Source: Podarcis tiliguerta
Taxonomy: Eukaryota
Assembly: GCA_965153285.1 (NCBI GenBank)
Contig: OZ229114.1
Reading direction: 5' to 3' (one strand)
DNA length: 64,000 bases
Every line of letters starts with the position of its first letter. Positions within the stretch are counted from its first letter, which is position 1. This document shows positions 23,306-35,990 of the stretch, in pieces. Below the pieces are notes generated by a model. That model had not been told where the DNA came from. It did not search any database and saw only the letters and a program-made list of their open reading frames with translations. A program made the position numbers and the translations under genes.

Positions 23306-24294
23306 TGGGCTTCTATTATATAAACAAATTGTAAAAGACATGACAGAAAGGATCTGATGTTTATGGTTTTGAGAGTAATTCTTCATACTTCCACATGTAT
23401 AGTAGGTTTAATACTCCTGCCTTAATTCTGAGAGAAACCATCATTTGGCCCTGAGCAGAACTGCACAATTTATGGTTGTGGTAACTGTGGATGTAATGAA
23501 GTCTCTCCTAGCGAGGGGCTGGGGACCCCAAATGTCACAGAGCAGTGGGGCATGTCAGGAGGGCTACTGACTGCCAGCAGCTGTCTGAATTGCTAGAATC
23601 TTACAGAACAGAAGGAATCTACTGGTAGATCTCTGAGCGATTTGCAGTCAAATGGCAAGACTCTGAATTGCTTAACAAGAACAGGAAAGTGAGTTTTCCT
23701 ACCCTGTTGAAAGGAAGAAAGTTAACTAATAGTGGACTTTCCTGTGAAAGGACTGTGAGCTCAGTTGAATCCCAGTACTGAGGAGAAATGCCTAGGGTAA
23801 GAATATGTCTCTCTCATTCTCATTCTCACTTTCATGCCTTCTGCATCTGGCTCTGGTTGGTAAAACTGGGAGTTCTAGCGAAAAAGCAAAGGAGACCTGA
23901 CAAGTCTGAAGTTTGGCCAGCTGTGCTGCAGAGGACAAGAGCAGACCCACACAGCCCCAGGGAAGGACAGAAGAAGTAGCAGACAGTCTAGGAAAGAGGA
24001 GCTGGAAGACATTGTGTTCCACAAAGAGGGAGGGGAAGAAGAGAGAATAGGGGATGGATTCTGAGAAGGAATGTGGAATAACCAACCTCATATAACCAAC
24101 ATGCTTAACTCTAATTAATGCATGAGGGGGTTAATGCCATAGCGTAAAGTCATTCTGCCAGACTAGGTTGTTACTCACCCTCACCTTAGGAGATAGGTAA
24201 TCAAACCTATTGTTGTACCTCAGTCTATTTGAGAAGTTCAGTGTGTAAAGATGTCTGATCTGGTTGCTCCAAGCTCAGATCGAAGCCATCTTTC

Positions 24295-24450
24295 TGTTGT
24301 TGCTGCTGCTGCTGCTGCTGCTGTTGTTTGAATTTATATACTGCCCTATACTCAGAGGTCTTAGGACAGTTCATAGAATAAAAAATAAAATAAAATCACA
24401 AAAATATAATCAAAATAGAAAACAACAACCCAATGCCCCCCCCAACTTTA
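24295..24450 (-). mobile_element. L2-type 3' end with (TGY)n microsatellite tail
   Basis: aatttatatactgccctatac...aggacagttcatagaataaaa; reverse homolog of 12015-12165. Confidence 0.6.
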
Positions 24451-24929
24451 GGACAAACACTGGAGAATGAGATAAATGAGTGGGCCTTCAAAACACCAGA
24501 ACAAATAATGAAGAAGCATTTCAGCTATTGTTTGCTTGATGTTCCTCTATTGGCATCCCTTTCCTTGAGAAGCAATCATCCCCTCTCCTGAAAATATACA
24601 ATACAAGCCTATCTATCCTACTTACGCCCACATTATCTCTGTGGAACAAAATTACAGAGCATTAATTCAAATGTCTCTCTAATAGCATTAGCTTCATAGA
24701 AGTTCTGAATCTTACAGGGCAAACCTATATAAGCTTACTCAGAAGTAAGTATCACCTAGTGCAATGGAACCTGAGGTAAATGCACGTAAGACTGCAGCCT
24801 AAGTGGACATGCATACATCTCTCTCTCACACACATAACATTAAAATACTCAAGGATTACACTTTCAGAGTCATCCAGGTGATCAAACTATCTCCGAGTGG
24901 TGAGAGTGTCCCTATCTTCCCACCAGTAT

Positions 24930-25310
24930 TAATAGGAATGGGCAAATCTGTCAATTTTGGTTTCTCTCCTTTTCTTATTTTTCCACTCTCAAGTTCAGTC
25001 CTCCACATGAGTTTTCAATTAAAAAGAAGTCCTCCTGAAAACACAGTTGCATTTTACTGCAAATTTCTTCACACATACACATCTTTGAATGTGATTTTGC
25101 CCAGTGTAGACATTTTTGCATAGCACTTTTCCCTTGCACAATGCCTTTTTTAAAAAAAGTAAATATATGCATTTTAAACATTTGTGTACACATAACTTGG
25201 CTGGAGAACTTCATTGCAAAATTCAGAGAAGTGTGAATTTTGAAGGATGGCTCTGTTTCAGTCTGCATACTATTTCAGAAAGTGCAAATTACACAGGTTT
25301 CAAGGTGATC
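24930..25310 (+). repeat. Old unclassified interspersed repeat
   Basis: gagaacttcattgcaaaattcagagaagtgtgaattttgaaggatggct motif, several copies in the window. Confidence 0.6.
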
Positions 25311-25420
25311 CGCCTAGGATTTATCCCCCATCCCTAGGTGTTAAAGAGAATTTTTGGACACCTTGAGTGGAGACATCTGCTAGAATGTCTGAAAAATAAA
25401 ATTCAGGTTACAGCAAGCAC

Positions 25421-25630
25421 AGCCAGTGTGATGTAGTGGTAGGAGCATTGGACTAGGACTGGAGAGACCCAGGTTCATATTGCTGCTCAGCCACGAAGCT
25501 CACTGGGCAACCTTGGGCCAGTCATGATCTCTCAGCCCAACCTGCCTCACAGGGTTGTTGCAAGGATAAAATGGGGAAGGCAGGGGAGCTCCTTGGAGTG
25601 AAGGCGGGATATAAATGTGGTAATTAAATA
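25421..25630 (+). mobile_element. tRNA-derived CORE SINE (Squam3/MIR-like)
   Basis: A/B-box head agccagtgtgatgtagtggt...ggttcatatt, CORE-like ccttgggccagtca...cctcacagggttgttg, L2-type tail gcgggatataaat. Confidence 0.85.
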
Positions 25631-25674
25631 TGAAAGATTCACTAATTCCAGTATTAGTTTTGAAATAAGTGTGT

Positions 25675-26159
25675 GCAGAGACATCACCTTGCCGACAAAG
25701 GTCCGTACAGTTAAAGCTATGGTTTTCCCAATAGTGATGTATGGAAGTGAGAGCTGGACCATAAAGAAGGCTGATCACCGAAGAATTGATGCTTTTGAAT
25801 TATGGTGCTGGAGGAGACTCTTGAGAGTCCCATGGACTGCAAGAAGATCAAACCTATCCATTCTGAGGAAATCAGCCCTCAATGCTCACTGAAAGGACAG
25901 ATCCTGAAGCTGAAGCTCCAATACTTTGGCCAGCTCATGAGAAGAGAAGACTCCCTGGAAAAGACCCTGAAGTTGGGAAAGATTGAGGGCACAAGGAGAA
26001 GGGGACGACAGAGGACGAGATGGTTGGACAGTGTTCTCAAAGCTACTAACGTAAGTTTGACAAAGCTGCGGGAGGCAGTGGAAGACAGGAGTGCCTGGCG
26101 TACTCTGGTCCATGGGGTCACAAAGAGTTGGACACCACTAAACGACTAAACAACAACAA
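25675..26159 (+). mobile_element. BovB (RTE-clade) LINE 3' fragment
   Basis: ORFs give RDITLPTKVRTVKAMVFPIVMYGSESWTIKKADHRRIDAFELWCWRRLLRVPWTARRSN and LKLQYFGQLMRREDSLEKTL.LGKIEG.RRRGRQRTRWLD (frameshifted); (CAA)n tail. Confidence 0.97.
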
Positions 26160-27847
26160 TGCAGCAGAAAGTGCACATAGCCCCTTTGTTTGTTGGAGTG
26201 TCATTGAGCACACTTAAGAGCGGCTGAGGAATCTGTAGTCTCTTTGGCCATGCCAGCAGCAAACTGCAGAAACCAATACAGTCTCTGTGGCTCACTCTAG
26301 AGTTTTGGCAGAAATGATTTCATTTTGCCCTCCACTGAAACTCCACTAGCTTGAACATATGGTTCCAAAAACATAAAGATTAGGGGTTGCCAAAAATTGG
26401 AGCTGCTCCTCAACGCTCCCGAGATGGAACAGAAAAGGTAAGGAGTTTTGGCTCATCCCTAATGGAATTTTTTGTGGTACTTTCACAAGAGATGAAAACC
26501 TCACACTCAGAATACTGTAGATGAAATCCAAGACACTATTGTTATTTGAATTAGGGTTTTTGGACATCACATGTACTCCAAACAGTGGCCAGCACTAAGC
26601 AAAGCAAATCACAGATGCCATAGAATGGAATTGAGTGTAAAATTCCTCTACATCATTGAACAAGGATGCTGGCTGTTAATTTCTCTGTTTACTATCTATA
26701 AAGAGAACGTGCTACATGTTTTTGTTACTGCGAACATGCTGTGTACTTCAGATGACAATGTTACTGACATTGATTGCTTTGGTACAGTAATAACAATGTG
26801 ACTAGGTTCTTGCTGAGTAATAAACTCCTGTGATTCATTTTGTTTTAAGCTCTTTTGGACCACTGAACAAATTGATGGTGTTATCAATAGTTGCTCACAC
26901 AAAAGCTGGACAAACAAATTGGTGGTGGAGAGCAGGGAAGCAGTGCCAACAGTATAGAGCTAAAATAATATTCATAGGGAAATCCAATATTTATCAGATC
27001 CATCCCAGTTTTAAATTGGATGCAAATGCATTGACTGAATAAAAATATTCACAAACACAGGTATGCAGCATGTAATGAGTACATCATTTTTAGTCTAAGG
27101 GTTGTAGACAACTAAGTTCTAAGAGTAGACCCATTGAAATGAAAGGATTCCCCATGATTACTTTCCTCCCCTCTCTCTTTCAAAATGCAGGCATAGGGAG
27201 AAACTAGATGGAGGGCCCTTTTAACTCTTCCCCCCACCTCACATAATTTTCCAGCTGAAAATCACCCCCAGCTCCCCACCCCAAGATAACTGCTACTTAC
27301 TCTGAGGGTACAATTAGGGGAAGAAACGGTGACAGTGATGGTATGCAGTACAAGACAGCAGGTTTTAAACGTGATGATAAAAAGCAAAATGGGGAACAGC
27401 TGCAATACAGGGCTTGCCCACTCCAGCGCTGAATGTGTATTTGAAGCTGCTTGAGTTTCAATCAAATAAATATGCACTTAAAATCTGAAAAGTTTTTTTA
27501 AAAGGTGGTAAAAGTGCTCTTCCTCAGTGAATGAATCAACTCCCCCTTCCACACACCCGAATTCCTTTGTGCTTTTGCACAAGTTTTTAACAGTAGTAGT
27601 AGTAGTAGTAAAACACACTTGCATATAAAAAATAACACGGGAAAGCAAATTTCTTCCCCCCGATCATCTCTGGGAGAGGAAGCCAGATGAGGAAGCTGTG
27701 GGTCTGAGCTCTGCATGGAGGGCTGGGTGCATAGCAGATGCCTGCAGAAAGTTGGCAGTTTCCCTCCCTCTTGGAGAAGAATGCAGGATCATTAGTAGAG
27801 CAGGAGAGACTATGCCTGCCTGACAGGTTATCCCTATCCCACCCCAT

Positions 27848-28233
27848 GAGATGCAAGTGGTGCTGTGGTCTAAACCACTGAACCTCTTGGGCTTGCTGAT
27901 TGGAAGGTCGGTGGTTCAAATCCCTGCGATGGTGTGAGCTCCCTTTGCTCTGTCCCAGCTCCTGCCAACCTAGCAGTTTGAAAGCACACCAGTACAAGTA
28001 GATTAATAGGTACCGCTGTGGTGGGAAGGTAAACGGCATTTCCATGCACTCTGGTTTCCATTACGGTGTTCCGTTGCACCAGAAGCGGTATAGTCATGCT
28101 GGCCACATGACCCGGAAAGCTGTCTGTGGACAAATGCTGGCTCCCTTGGCATGAAGCAAGATGAGCGCTGCAACCCCATAGTCACCTTTGACTGGATTTA
28201 ACCATCCAGGGGTCCTTTGCCTTTACCTTTTAC
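27848..28233 (+). mobile_element. Sauria SINE (full length)
   Basis: tRNA head, body cctgccaacctagcagtttgaaagcac...ataggtaccgct...gggaaggtaaacggc, (ACCTTT)n tail. Confidence 0.95.
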
Positions 28234-29430
28234 TCCACGGGATGCTCATGTGAGAGAGGGGAGAGGAATCCAACTGGATCTGCTGCAGCTCTGCCCCTCA
28301 CCAGTCAGTTGTTGCTTGGGACACCCCTTGCTTGCTGGATCTGCCGTGCCTCTTAACTGCCCCTGCCCAAGCTGATCCCAGCAGTCCGGAGTTTGGTCCA
28401 CCCACCTGTCAAATTTGCCATGCTCAGATGGTCTGCAGTGAAGGGAGGGTGTGTGTGGTGTGGATGGGAAACAGCAGCTCAGGAATTCAAGCACAAAGGC
28501 ACACACACGTGTGTATGCATGGCAAAGGTGAAATACCTTATAAGGAAAACGTGAGTTTTTAAGTGAGATAATACAAACATGCGGATGAGTGACATATTGA
28601 GAAGCTGAAGTTGGAGGAATTCACAAGAGTCAGATTTGGATGCTTGCATTGCAAAGTGAGAATTCGCAGAGATTAAAATGCCACTGATCTACTAAGAATC
28701 CGAGAGAGGGCGAATTCTTAACTCTGTAAATAGGAAGTCTACTGAAATTAGAGCTTGGCTATCTTTTAATTATGAGCCGAAACCTAAAGTGGGCAGTCAT
28801 TGGAGGGTTAGGTGGAAAGGATGTTTGTCAATTAGTGTTTTAAATCTGTCTTTAGTTCTGTATTTTATGCATCCTCCTTGCCCTTCATACACAATGTGAA
28901 CAAAACGGGGGGGGGGGAGCAATGGGTAGGGTGTGTGTGGAGAGAGGGAGACCCTCCACGAGGCACAGTGCATTTCTGCCTGCTCTGTGTAAATCATTAT
29001 TTTAAAAATGCCAGTTTTCAGAACACAGATTATTCCCTGTTGCAAGCACTTGTGAGAGCAGATAAAAAAGCTACTCCCCTCTGGAGCCAAGCAAATTAGA
29101 AAAACAATTTCTGAAACAATTTCAAAGAAGGTTGCTTCTGAGAATCTGGGGAAAACGCATTGCCACTACCCAACAAGCCTCAAGGAGGAAAGATGCACAT
29201 TTATCAAGGAAACAGCTCCAAAAGTGGAGTTTATTTCTCCTGTAGACGTGGAAGGACTGATTATGGCAATGCATGATCAAGTCATAAAACCACAATTGTA
29301 AGTAACTGAAAACAAGCAAGCATGCTGGAGATGCCAACAGAATGGCAAAGGGTTTGAACAGAGGATTAGAATAACCTCAGCTTTGGTTATCACTAGGACT
29401 GCATAAGATACTTTCAAATCTGATCATTCA

Positions 29431-30080
29431 TTGCGTACCAAGGCCCCATGCCCCACAGTTCCCTATTGATTAATAGACACACGAACACAATTATTTAGGG
29501 TTATAGGCTAAAGTTGGCCACAACTTTATTGGTTACAGATGTGAACGGTTTGACTTAGGCATTGGGTGAAGCCAGGCTATATCTTGACTCTTGCCCATTT
29601 GCAGGGATTACAACTAAGGGAAAGCACAAATAGGGGCACCCTGAGGGGTGCCCTCTGGGGTTGTGGCATGGCCCTAGCCCATGTCCAGGCTTTGGACAGG
29701 ATCCACACACCCAGATCCCTTTGACAGGATACTTTTATAGAGGGACAGGTGAAGACTACAACCTCCCCTCCATTAAACAAAGGCTTACCCAATGCCTAAC
29801 TTTATAAAGTTGTGAAGATTGGGGAAAACAAAATGGCTGGTGCCAATTCCTACCCAGCCCCAATAATATGGTGGCCATAGCAAGGTCGTGTCATAGCAAT
29901 GCATTAAGGAAGCGAAAGAGGGAAGGCCCCCCCGGCCATGCCACGGTTTAAAACTCCTGCAGCCATGCCACCCTCTGGTGTTGATTGGCCGGGTGGGGCA
30001 TGACACAGCTGGGGGTTGGCACAAGGGGGGGGGGCGTCCCCAAGCCAGATCGCTGCAAGAGCATGGATGCCCGACCGCAA
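29431..30080 (-). mobile_element. TSD-less TTGCG...CGCAA element, copy B
   Basis: Termini ttgcg / cgcaa; minus-strand caataaagttgtggcc, ttaggcattggg and gtatcctgtcaaaggga motifs shared with copy A. Confidence 0.75.
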
Positions 30081-32365
30081 TGACAGCTTGAACCTGTGAA
30101 AATAGCACACTCTTTTCAACTCCCAGCAGTTGCTCACCTCAAAAGATATGGCATCCTTTGGTTGTTCTGATTGTAGCTGCTTCTTGGTGCTTTATTTCCT
30201 ACTTCTTTTGCCCTCCCAATTCTGAGACTCATTTGCCATTTAACCTTACTGGCTGTAAAAACTCACAGGATTTTGCTTATAAGCATACATGGCCTCATTG
30301 CATCAGGTGTCGCATTGTGACATCAGCCATCAGTGTGCAAGCTGTAGTACTGTGACATCAGTCATTGGCAAAACTCCATTTGGTTCTCTCCACAGCAAAA
30401 TCTCTCCTGATATCTGCCTTGCTTTTTTCATTGGCGCTAGCATTAGGTGCAATGCCAAGCATGGTGGATGGTGAGAGGAAGGCTCCACATACCTCCACAT
30501 CCTCTTCCTGCCTATAACTTTACACACACCCCAGGAGTCCTATGTTACTATCTGGAGGAGAAGAGCGCCTAGTAGTTAGGAAGAGAAAAAGGTTTCTTAG
30601 GCATCAAGTAGCTCCAACGATATGCATTCATGTGGTCAAATTACGAGCCCATGGCATAGTGTTTGTCAATGACCTGTCTGATCCATGTGATTTCATCATC
30701 CAAATGTTGTCATGGTCGTATGGTGAGATAGACCTCAGCAGTAGCATTCAAAATCAGACCTGAGAAGTAAGGTTCTCCCCAGGACCACTATAGATGATCT
30801 GGGATTTAAGCCCAGTCCTCATAGCTAGATTAACCACCAGTCTGCATAATAAATATAAAGAAGAAAATAAAGTGTAGATTAAAGAAATCTGAATGGAAAA
30901 CAGTATATCTACTGCTTTTCCTTTTGAGACCACTAAAAGATAGTCCAAAGCTGGTTTTCGATTTGCAGAGAAGACGTTCAGGCAGGCAGAATAACTTTAA
31001 AAATGAATGAATAAAGCAATCCCGCTTTTGCTAATGGCAAATAATTCAGGCAAGCCGTCTTGCTATGAGAAGAGAAGAGCATTGGGGGACCAGCCTTCAG
31101 AGACTCTGGCTCGAAAAAGCAGCAAGCCATTGCCACCCCCTGCCAGTGTAAACCAGCTTCATGCAGAAGAATGTCTGAGAAGTACCTCTGAGTGCTTTAC
31201 CAGAGGCCGGCACTTAGCTAATTAAAACTAGGAAGGCAGAAATGACACAAAGCAGGATGTTCTGCTCTAATTTACGGCTGTGCACAGGGATGATCTTGTT
31301 TGAAACTCAAAGCTGGGCACGAAAAGCATCCCCGAGGAACACCTACTTATAGCGCAGAAGGCTGTGATGGGACCAATATGCTGGAATTGAATCATTGTCA
31401 CAGATGCCGCCACACTGACATGAATGTGCAAGCGAGTCCTTCGTTTGTTTACTTCTGTGGGCCAGAGACTCGGAGGGAAGGAGAAGGTATCTTCCCTATG
31501 CACAATGCAGCCATTGCCTGCGCACACGTATGCATCTATTCAAATGTTGCAAGAAAACAATCAAAATCCTTTGCCCGAAGAGCAACATAAATATTATTGT
31601 TTTGTTTGTTTTACAGTCTTTCGAGGACACCTTTCTGGGTAATGTTCTTTCAAGATAGTTTGAATTATGTAAAAATAGAAAAGTCATCACTGCAACGTAA
31701 GATAAAAAGGTACAAGCAGCCACAACTAAGCAGATACTTAGCTTAACATCTAGAAGTCTGGCTCCCACACTCCCCCTCCCAGTCACTTGAAAATTTCTGA
31801 GGGTCTTGGCAGACCACATAATGATGCTCTTTGTAATACACAGTGCTAGCTGCTAAAGTGCTATGCATATATATATATATATATATATATGCATGCAGAA
31901 TTCAAATTTTAATACAATAACGTAGGTCAGATTCAGCATTCATCCTGCTTTGTGTTTGGATATTTTATTTATAAACCAATAACTCCCACTCTGACTCTTT
32001 CCCTTTCTCTTGTGTGTATTTTCTCTTAGCATCTTTTCCACTTTCTTGCTGCTCCCTCCATTAACATGTATTGACTCTTCACTCCTTTCAAATGCTTTGT
32101 CACCCTCTCATGGCCTTCCCCCATTTTGTCACCAGCCACGGTTACTTCTGATCTGCCGCACTCATCTTCCAGGCAGAGCATCAGGTTCTAATGATGACAG
32201 AGCAGCTAGTTCAACTGCCATTCTTCTCCCACAAACATAGTTATGCTGCTGCTGCACAGAGCTGTCGCCATGAACCATGTGAATGAACCTCATGGACCAC
32301 CGGTGGTCCATGGTCCACCTTTGATCTAAAATGTTTCATCCCTAGAACCAGCAGCCAATCATGAA

Positions 32366-33064
32366 TTGTTGTTGTTGGCACCCATCTGTTTTGAGAGACA
32401 ATAGAGTCCACTTCTGGGGGTGAACTCAAACCGCTGTGCACAAAAATGACCTCTCTAGGGCACAAGCCTGGACAATTTGTACAGAGGTTGGTACAAAGGA
32501 AAGCAGAGGAATATGCTTGGGACCAGCTTGGCTGCAGGAACTGCCAAATGGAGGTGTACGAAGCGCCATCCAGCCAACATAGGGACTCTATTCCTGATTT
32601 TTGTAGGGTTTACTTCGTAGCCTTTCTTCTCCTGAAGATATCCTGCAAGGCAGTGGAAGTTTAGAACCAGGGTTTTCCTTCTCCTAGATGGGCTACCTTC
32701 CCAGGTTGATGAGCCCTATCAGCCCTTCACCTTCCTCTACAGCACGTGCTGAAACTGCCTTCTTGATCATCAGACCCACTACTGGTCCTGTCCACTGGAG
32801 CCTGTCTTCAGATGCAGGAGAAGTTCCAAACTCTTGGAGGGTTTGAGACCTATCGGTTCCCCTCACCTGGTTTAGCTGGCTAATCGAAGCCATTCCCAGG
32901 GTGTGGCCGCTGTCGCATACAGACAGCTTCTAGGAGCCACAGGTGAGGGATTAGGTGAGATTAGGTGACAGCTGAATGCAGGGTGGCAACCAAAGATGGA
33001 CAAACGACCCCAGAAGGAGCACAACGTGTCCCCCACCAGAGGTACTAACCCTTCCTAACACCCC
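32366..33064 (-). mobile_element. Non-autonomous RTE-clade derivative (5'UTR joined to 3' end, no ORF)
   Basis: Minus strand starts ggggtgttaggaagggttagtacctctggt, carries gcggccacacc and ccatctaggagaaggaaaac RTE 5' motifs, ends ttgtctctcaaaacagatgggtgccaacaacaac. Confidence 0.7.
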
Positions 33065-34443
33065 ATGTAGCTGAAAATGATGTGTCTTCAAAATCTACCA
33101 AAATTAGTGCTATCACTGGGTCTTCTTCCTAGAGTGGTCCTTCCAGCTCCTCCACATTGCAGCTGTTGCCACTGCTGATTCACCTTCCCCTCTCTCTATG
33201 CCCAGTCTGCCCACCTGCCAGAGATTTAAAAAAACAAGGCCTGTAGAGGTTAGTGCTCTTTCTTCTTGATCCTCCCACTGCTTAGTCACTTGGGACTCAG
33301 CTACATTAGTCAAATTACAACATCATAAATGTGCTACAACACTGTGAAATCAGATGGCACTGTAGAGCTGAAATCACAACTCAGTGAAATTTTCCATTGT
33401 GAGCTTTAAAATGGTTGCTTTCAGAATGTTTTCAGAGTGTTTTGTTTTTTATAGCTGCGCAGATCTAGCCTTGGAAAAGGCAGGTGAAGGTAGTAGAAGA
33501 GAAATTGGAAGCTCCAGGGATTGGCAGTGAGCTCCAGCTGGGATGTGGGCCTTGGGGGGGGGGTGTCTAACAATGACGCCATCTCTGAGTGTGCCTCTAA
33601 TTTGAATTTGCATAAGAAGGTATCAGCTATCAAGTTTAGAATACCATAAGCTCCTGCCTGTTTCCAATAGATTTTCATGTACTCTCAGTCTGAAATCCAG
33701 AACTAGTGTGGTGTAATGATCAAGGTATTAGGCTAAGACATAGAAGACTCAGGTTCAAATCATGCTATTGCTTGAGTGTCTGACCCAGAACATGTTTGCT
33801 GTCTCATATCTCAATATCCTCTGGGCATGAGAACTGAGGCGGTATATATTTGCTAGAAAGTTTACTTATGATAGTCAGGGCTGCAGGGCTTCCCCTGGAG
33901 GATAATAGATCTTAGAAAGGAATGAACCAAAGGATTCATGAGACATCCCCAAGCTTATAGATGATGGAACTAGACTGGACCATTTCACCAGTAGCAGACT
34001 TGGTTAAACCACTGTAGTTTTCAGACATATGCTGGTGTGACATTTCTCTCATCTTGGCAGTAGCAATGATAATGGATTCCTAAAAATTGATTATTAAGAT
34101 TCAGTAGCCACTTCCACTGTCAGCCAGGATTGTTTCAAAGTGGCTGCAATTTGTCATTAAGACACAGAGCATGATGAAAGAAATTATACATGGAGCTTTA
34201 TTGCAAAATGGGAATTGCAGGCAAGGTGGCCAAACTCACACAATTGTTAGAAATTGGAACAATAAATGCATTTGACACTCTCAGCTGGGTTCTTATGAGT
34301 CAGAGGTGGGGTACCTTTGGTGGGGGGGCAATTTCCTCGATTTCCACTTTCTGAATGTTTGGATGTTATTCTATGAGCCATATTGTATGACATCTGTTTG
34401 ATGTGAAATTTTACAAAAGAAAGGAGGGAACCAGCCTTGGGGG

Positions 34444-34620
34444 NNNNNNNNNNNNNNNNNNNNNNNNNNNNNNNNNNNNNNNNNNNNNNNNNNNNNNNNN
34501 NNNNNNNNNNNNNNNNNNNNNNNNNNNNNNNNNNNNNNNNNNNNNNNNNNNNNNNNNNNNNNNNNNNNNNNNNNNNNNNNNNNNNNNNNNNNNNNNNNNN
34601 NNNNNNNNNNNNNNNNNNNN
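34444..34620. other. Assembly gap (177 N)
   Basis: Run of N. Confidence 1.
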
Positions 34621-35454
34621 GTCCCAGGATGGGTTACACAATATAAAAACATTTTAAAACAACTTTAAGAAATGGAGAGCACAAAACAGTATCAGCTATA
34701 ATGTGCACAGTTATGATCTTCTTATAAATATTAATCTTAAAAATATTAATTGTTATAGCAGACCATTTAGCCTTTCCACACTGTTTTGGTTAACCTAGAA
34801 TCTTCTTGCTTTAATATACCAGTCATCAATGAAGAAAAATGAAAATTCTCTGCTCATATTAATTCAAAGGGTTGGAGGGATTTTGGCTTCCTTAGCACCC
34901 AGAAAGCCACAGTGAGATTTCACCTCACGTTCGCTTCCAAAAAGAGCACACTGTTTGCCTTGAATTTTCACAGGTCCTCCTATTATTATTTTGAGCACAA
35001 AGAACCAAAGGACGTTCAGTGCTGGGAGAAGTTAGCTGTCTGCTGATGGCAGACAGGCAGAAAGAGGAACTCAAACCACGTGGTGAGAAAACAAAACCCA
35101 ACTGATTTATTTCAAGCACATGGTCCTCTAGTTCTAATAGCTACCCGAGGCCTCCCGAGGCTCTTAAAACAGCTTTGCATCTTACAAGAAGCAGATTTAA
35201 AGGATGGCTGTGCAAACTCACTTGGGGCATTTGCCATCCATTTTGTCCAACGGGAAGCATCATGCTGGGAATATTCTGCTCCCCCTTCCATCATTCCTCA
35301 GTAAATATCTGTAGGCTTAATAAAATCTTTAATCCCCCCTGAAAATGTTCAGATGTTTTGTCCAAGCAGAACCACCAGATTCACCTCAGATTTTACTGTA
35401 GGTGAAAATCCATGATAAACTCCCTACTGCCATATGAATTTGCCTGGGCTTTAC

Positions 35455-35635
35455 CAACAGTGGCTGAGGCCCTGCTGTCTGTCCCAGCTGCCTGTGAGTT
35501 TAGACAGCCAGGTATAAAGGACAGGGCCTTTTCAGTGACAGCACCAAGACAATGGAAATCCCTCCTAGTGGAGCTCCACTCCTTATCTGTTTTCAGGTGA
35601 CTTATGAAGACCTTTTCTTTTCAGGTTGCTTTGAG
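35455..35635 (+). mobile_element. Old L2 LINE fragment
   Basis: ORF 35412..35600 contains DRAFSVTAPRQWKSL, the L2 C-terminal motif. Confidence 0.75.
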
Positions 35636-35894
35636 AGTACGATCTAGGTTTTCAATCCATTGCTGCTGACTTTGAAGTCCTCCTTGCTGTCGGCTTTAAT
35701 CGTTTTAAACTGGGACTGTTATATATGTTCACATGTACTCTGCTTTTCTTACCTGTAGAACTGAGGTATGAATAATAAACCAAGCTGAATTCAGCAACAT
35801 GTTGACCCGTTTCTAAGAAGGACTTACTGAAACGAGAATGGAAGTCACTGAAACCCTAACATTTGCCTATAGCAGAATGCTGGACTAGATAGGA

Positions 35895-35990
35895 AAGGGA
35901 GAGAGCTGTGGTCCTCCTAATGTCAGACTGCAACTCCCATGATTCCTGACCATTGCCCTGTTGGCTGGGGTTGGTGGGAGTTGGTGTCAG
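35895..35990. mobile_element. Degenerate palindromic hAT-type MITE
   Basis: caactcccatgattcctgaccattg...ggttggtgggagttg; relative of the 1965 and 55747 copies. Confidence 0.6.

Noticed and set aside
23492-24495. Possible LTR (tgtaatgaag ... cttcaaaaca)
   Set aside because: No TSD, no clear poly(A) signal and no second copy in the window.
32291-32312. Perfect 22-bp palindrome catggaccaccggtggtccatg
   Set aside because: Resembles the subterminal motif of Charlie-type hAT MITE remnants; no evidence for an independent function.
33000-33064. HDV-like ribozyme at the 5' end of the RTE derivative
   Set aside because: I could not assign P1/P1.1/P2/P3 and the catalytic C by eye.
34371-34657. ORFs spanning poly-X
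   Set aside because: Artefacts of the N gap.
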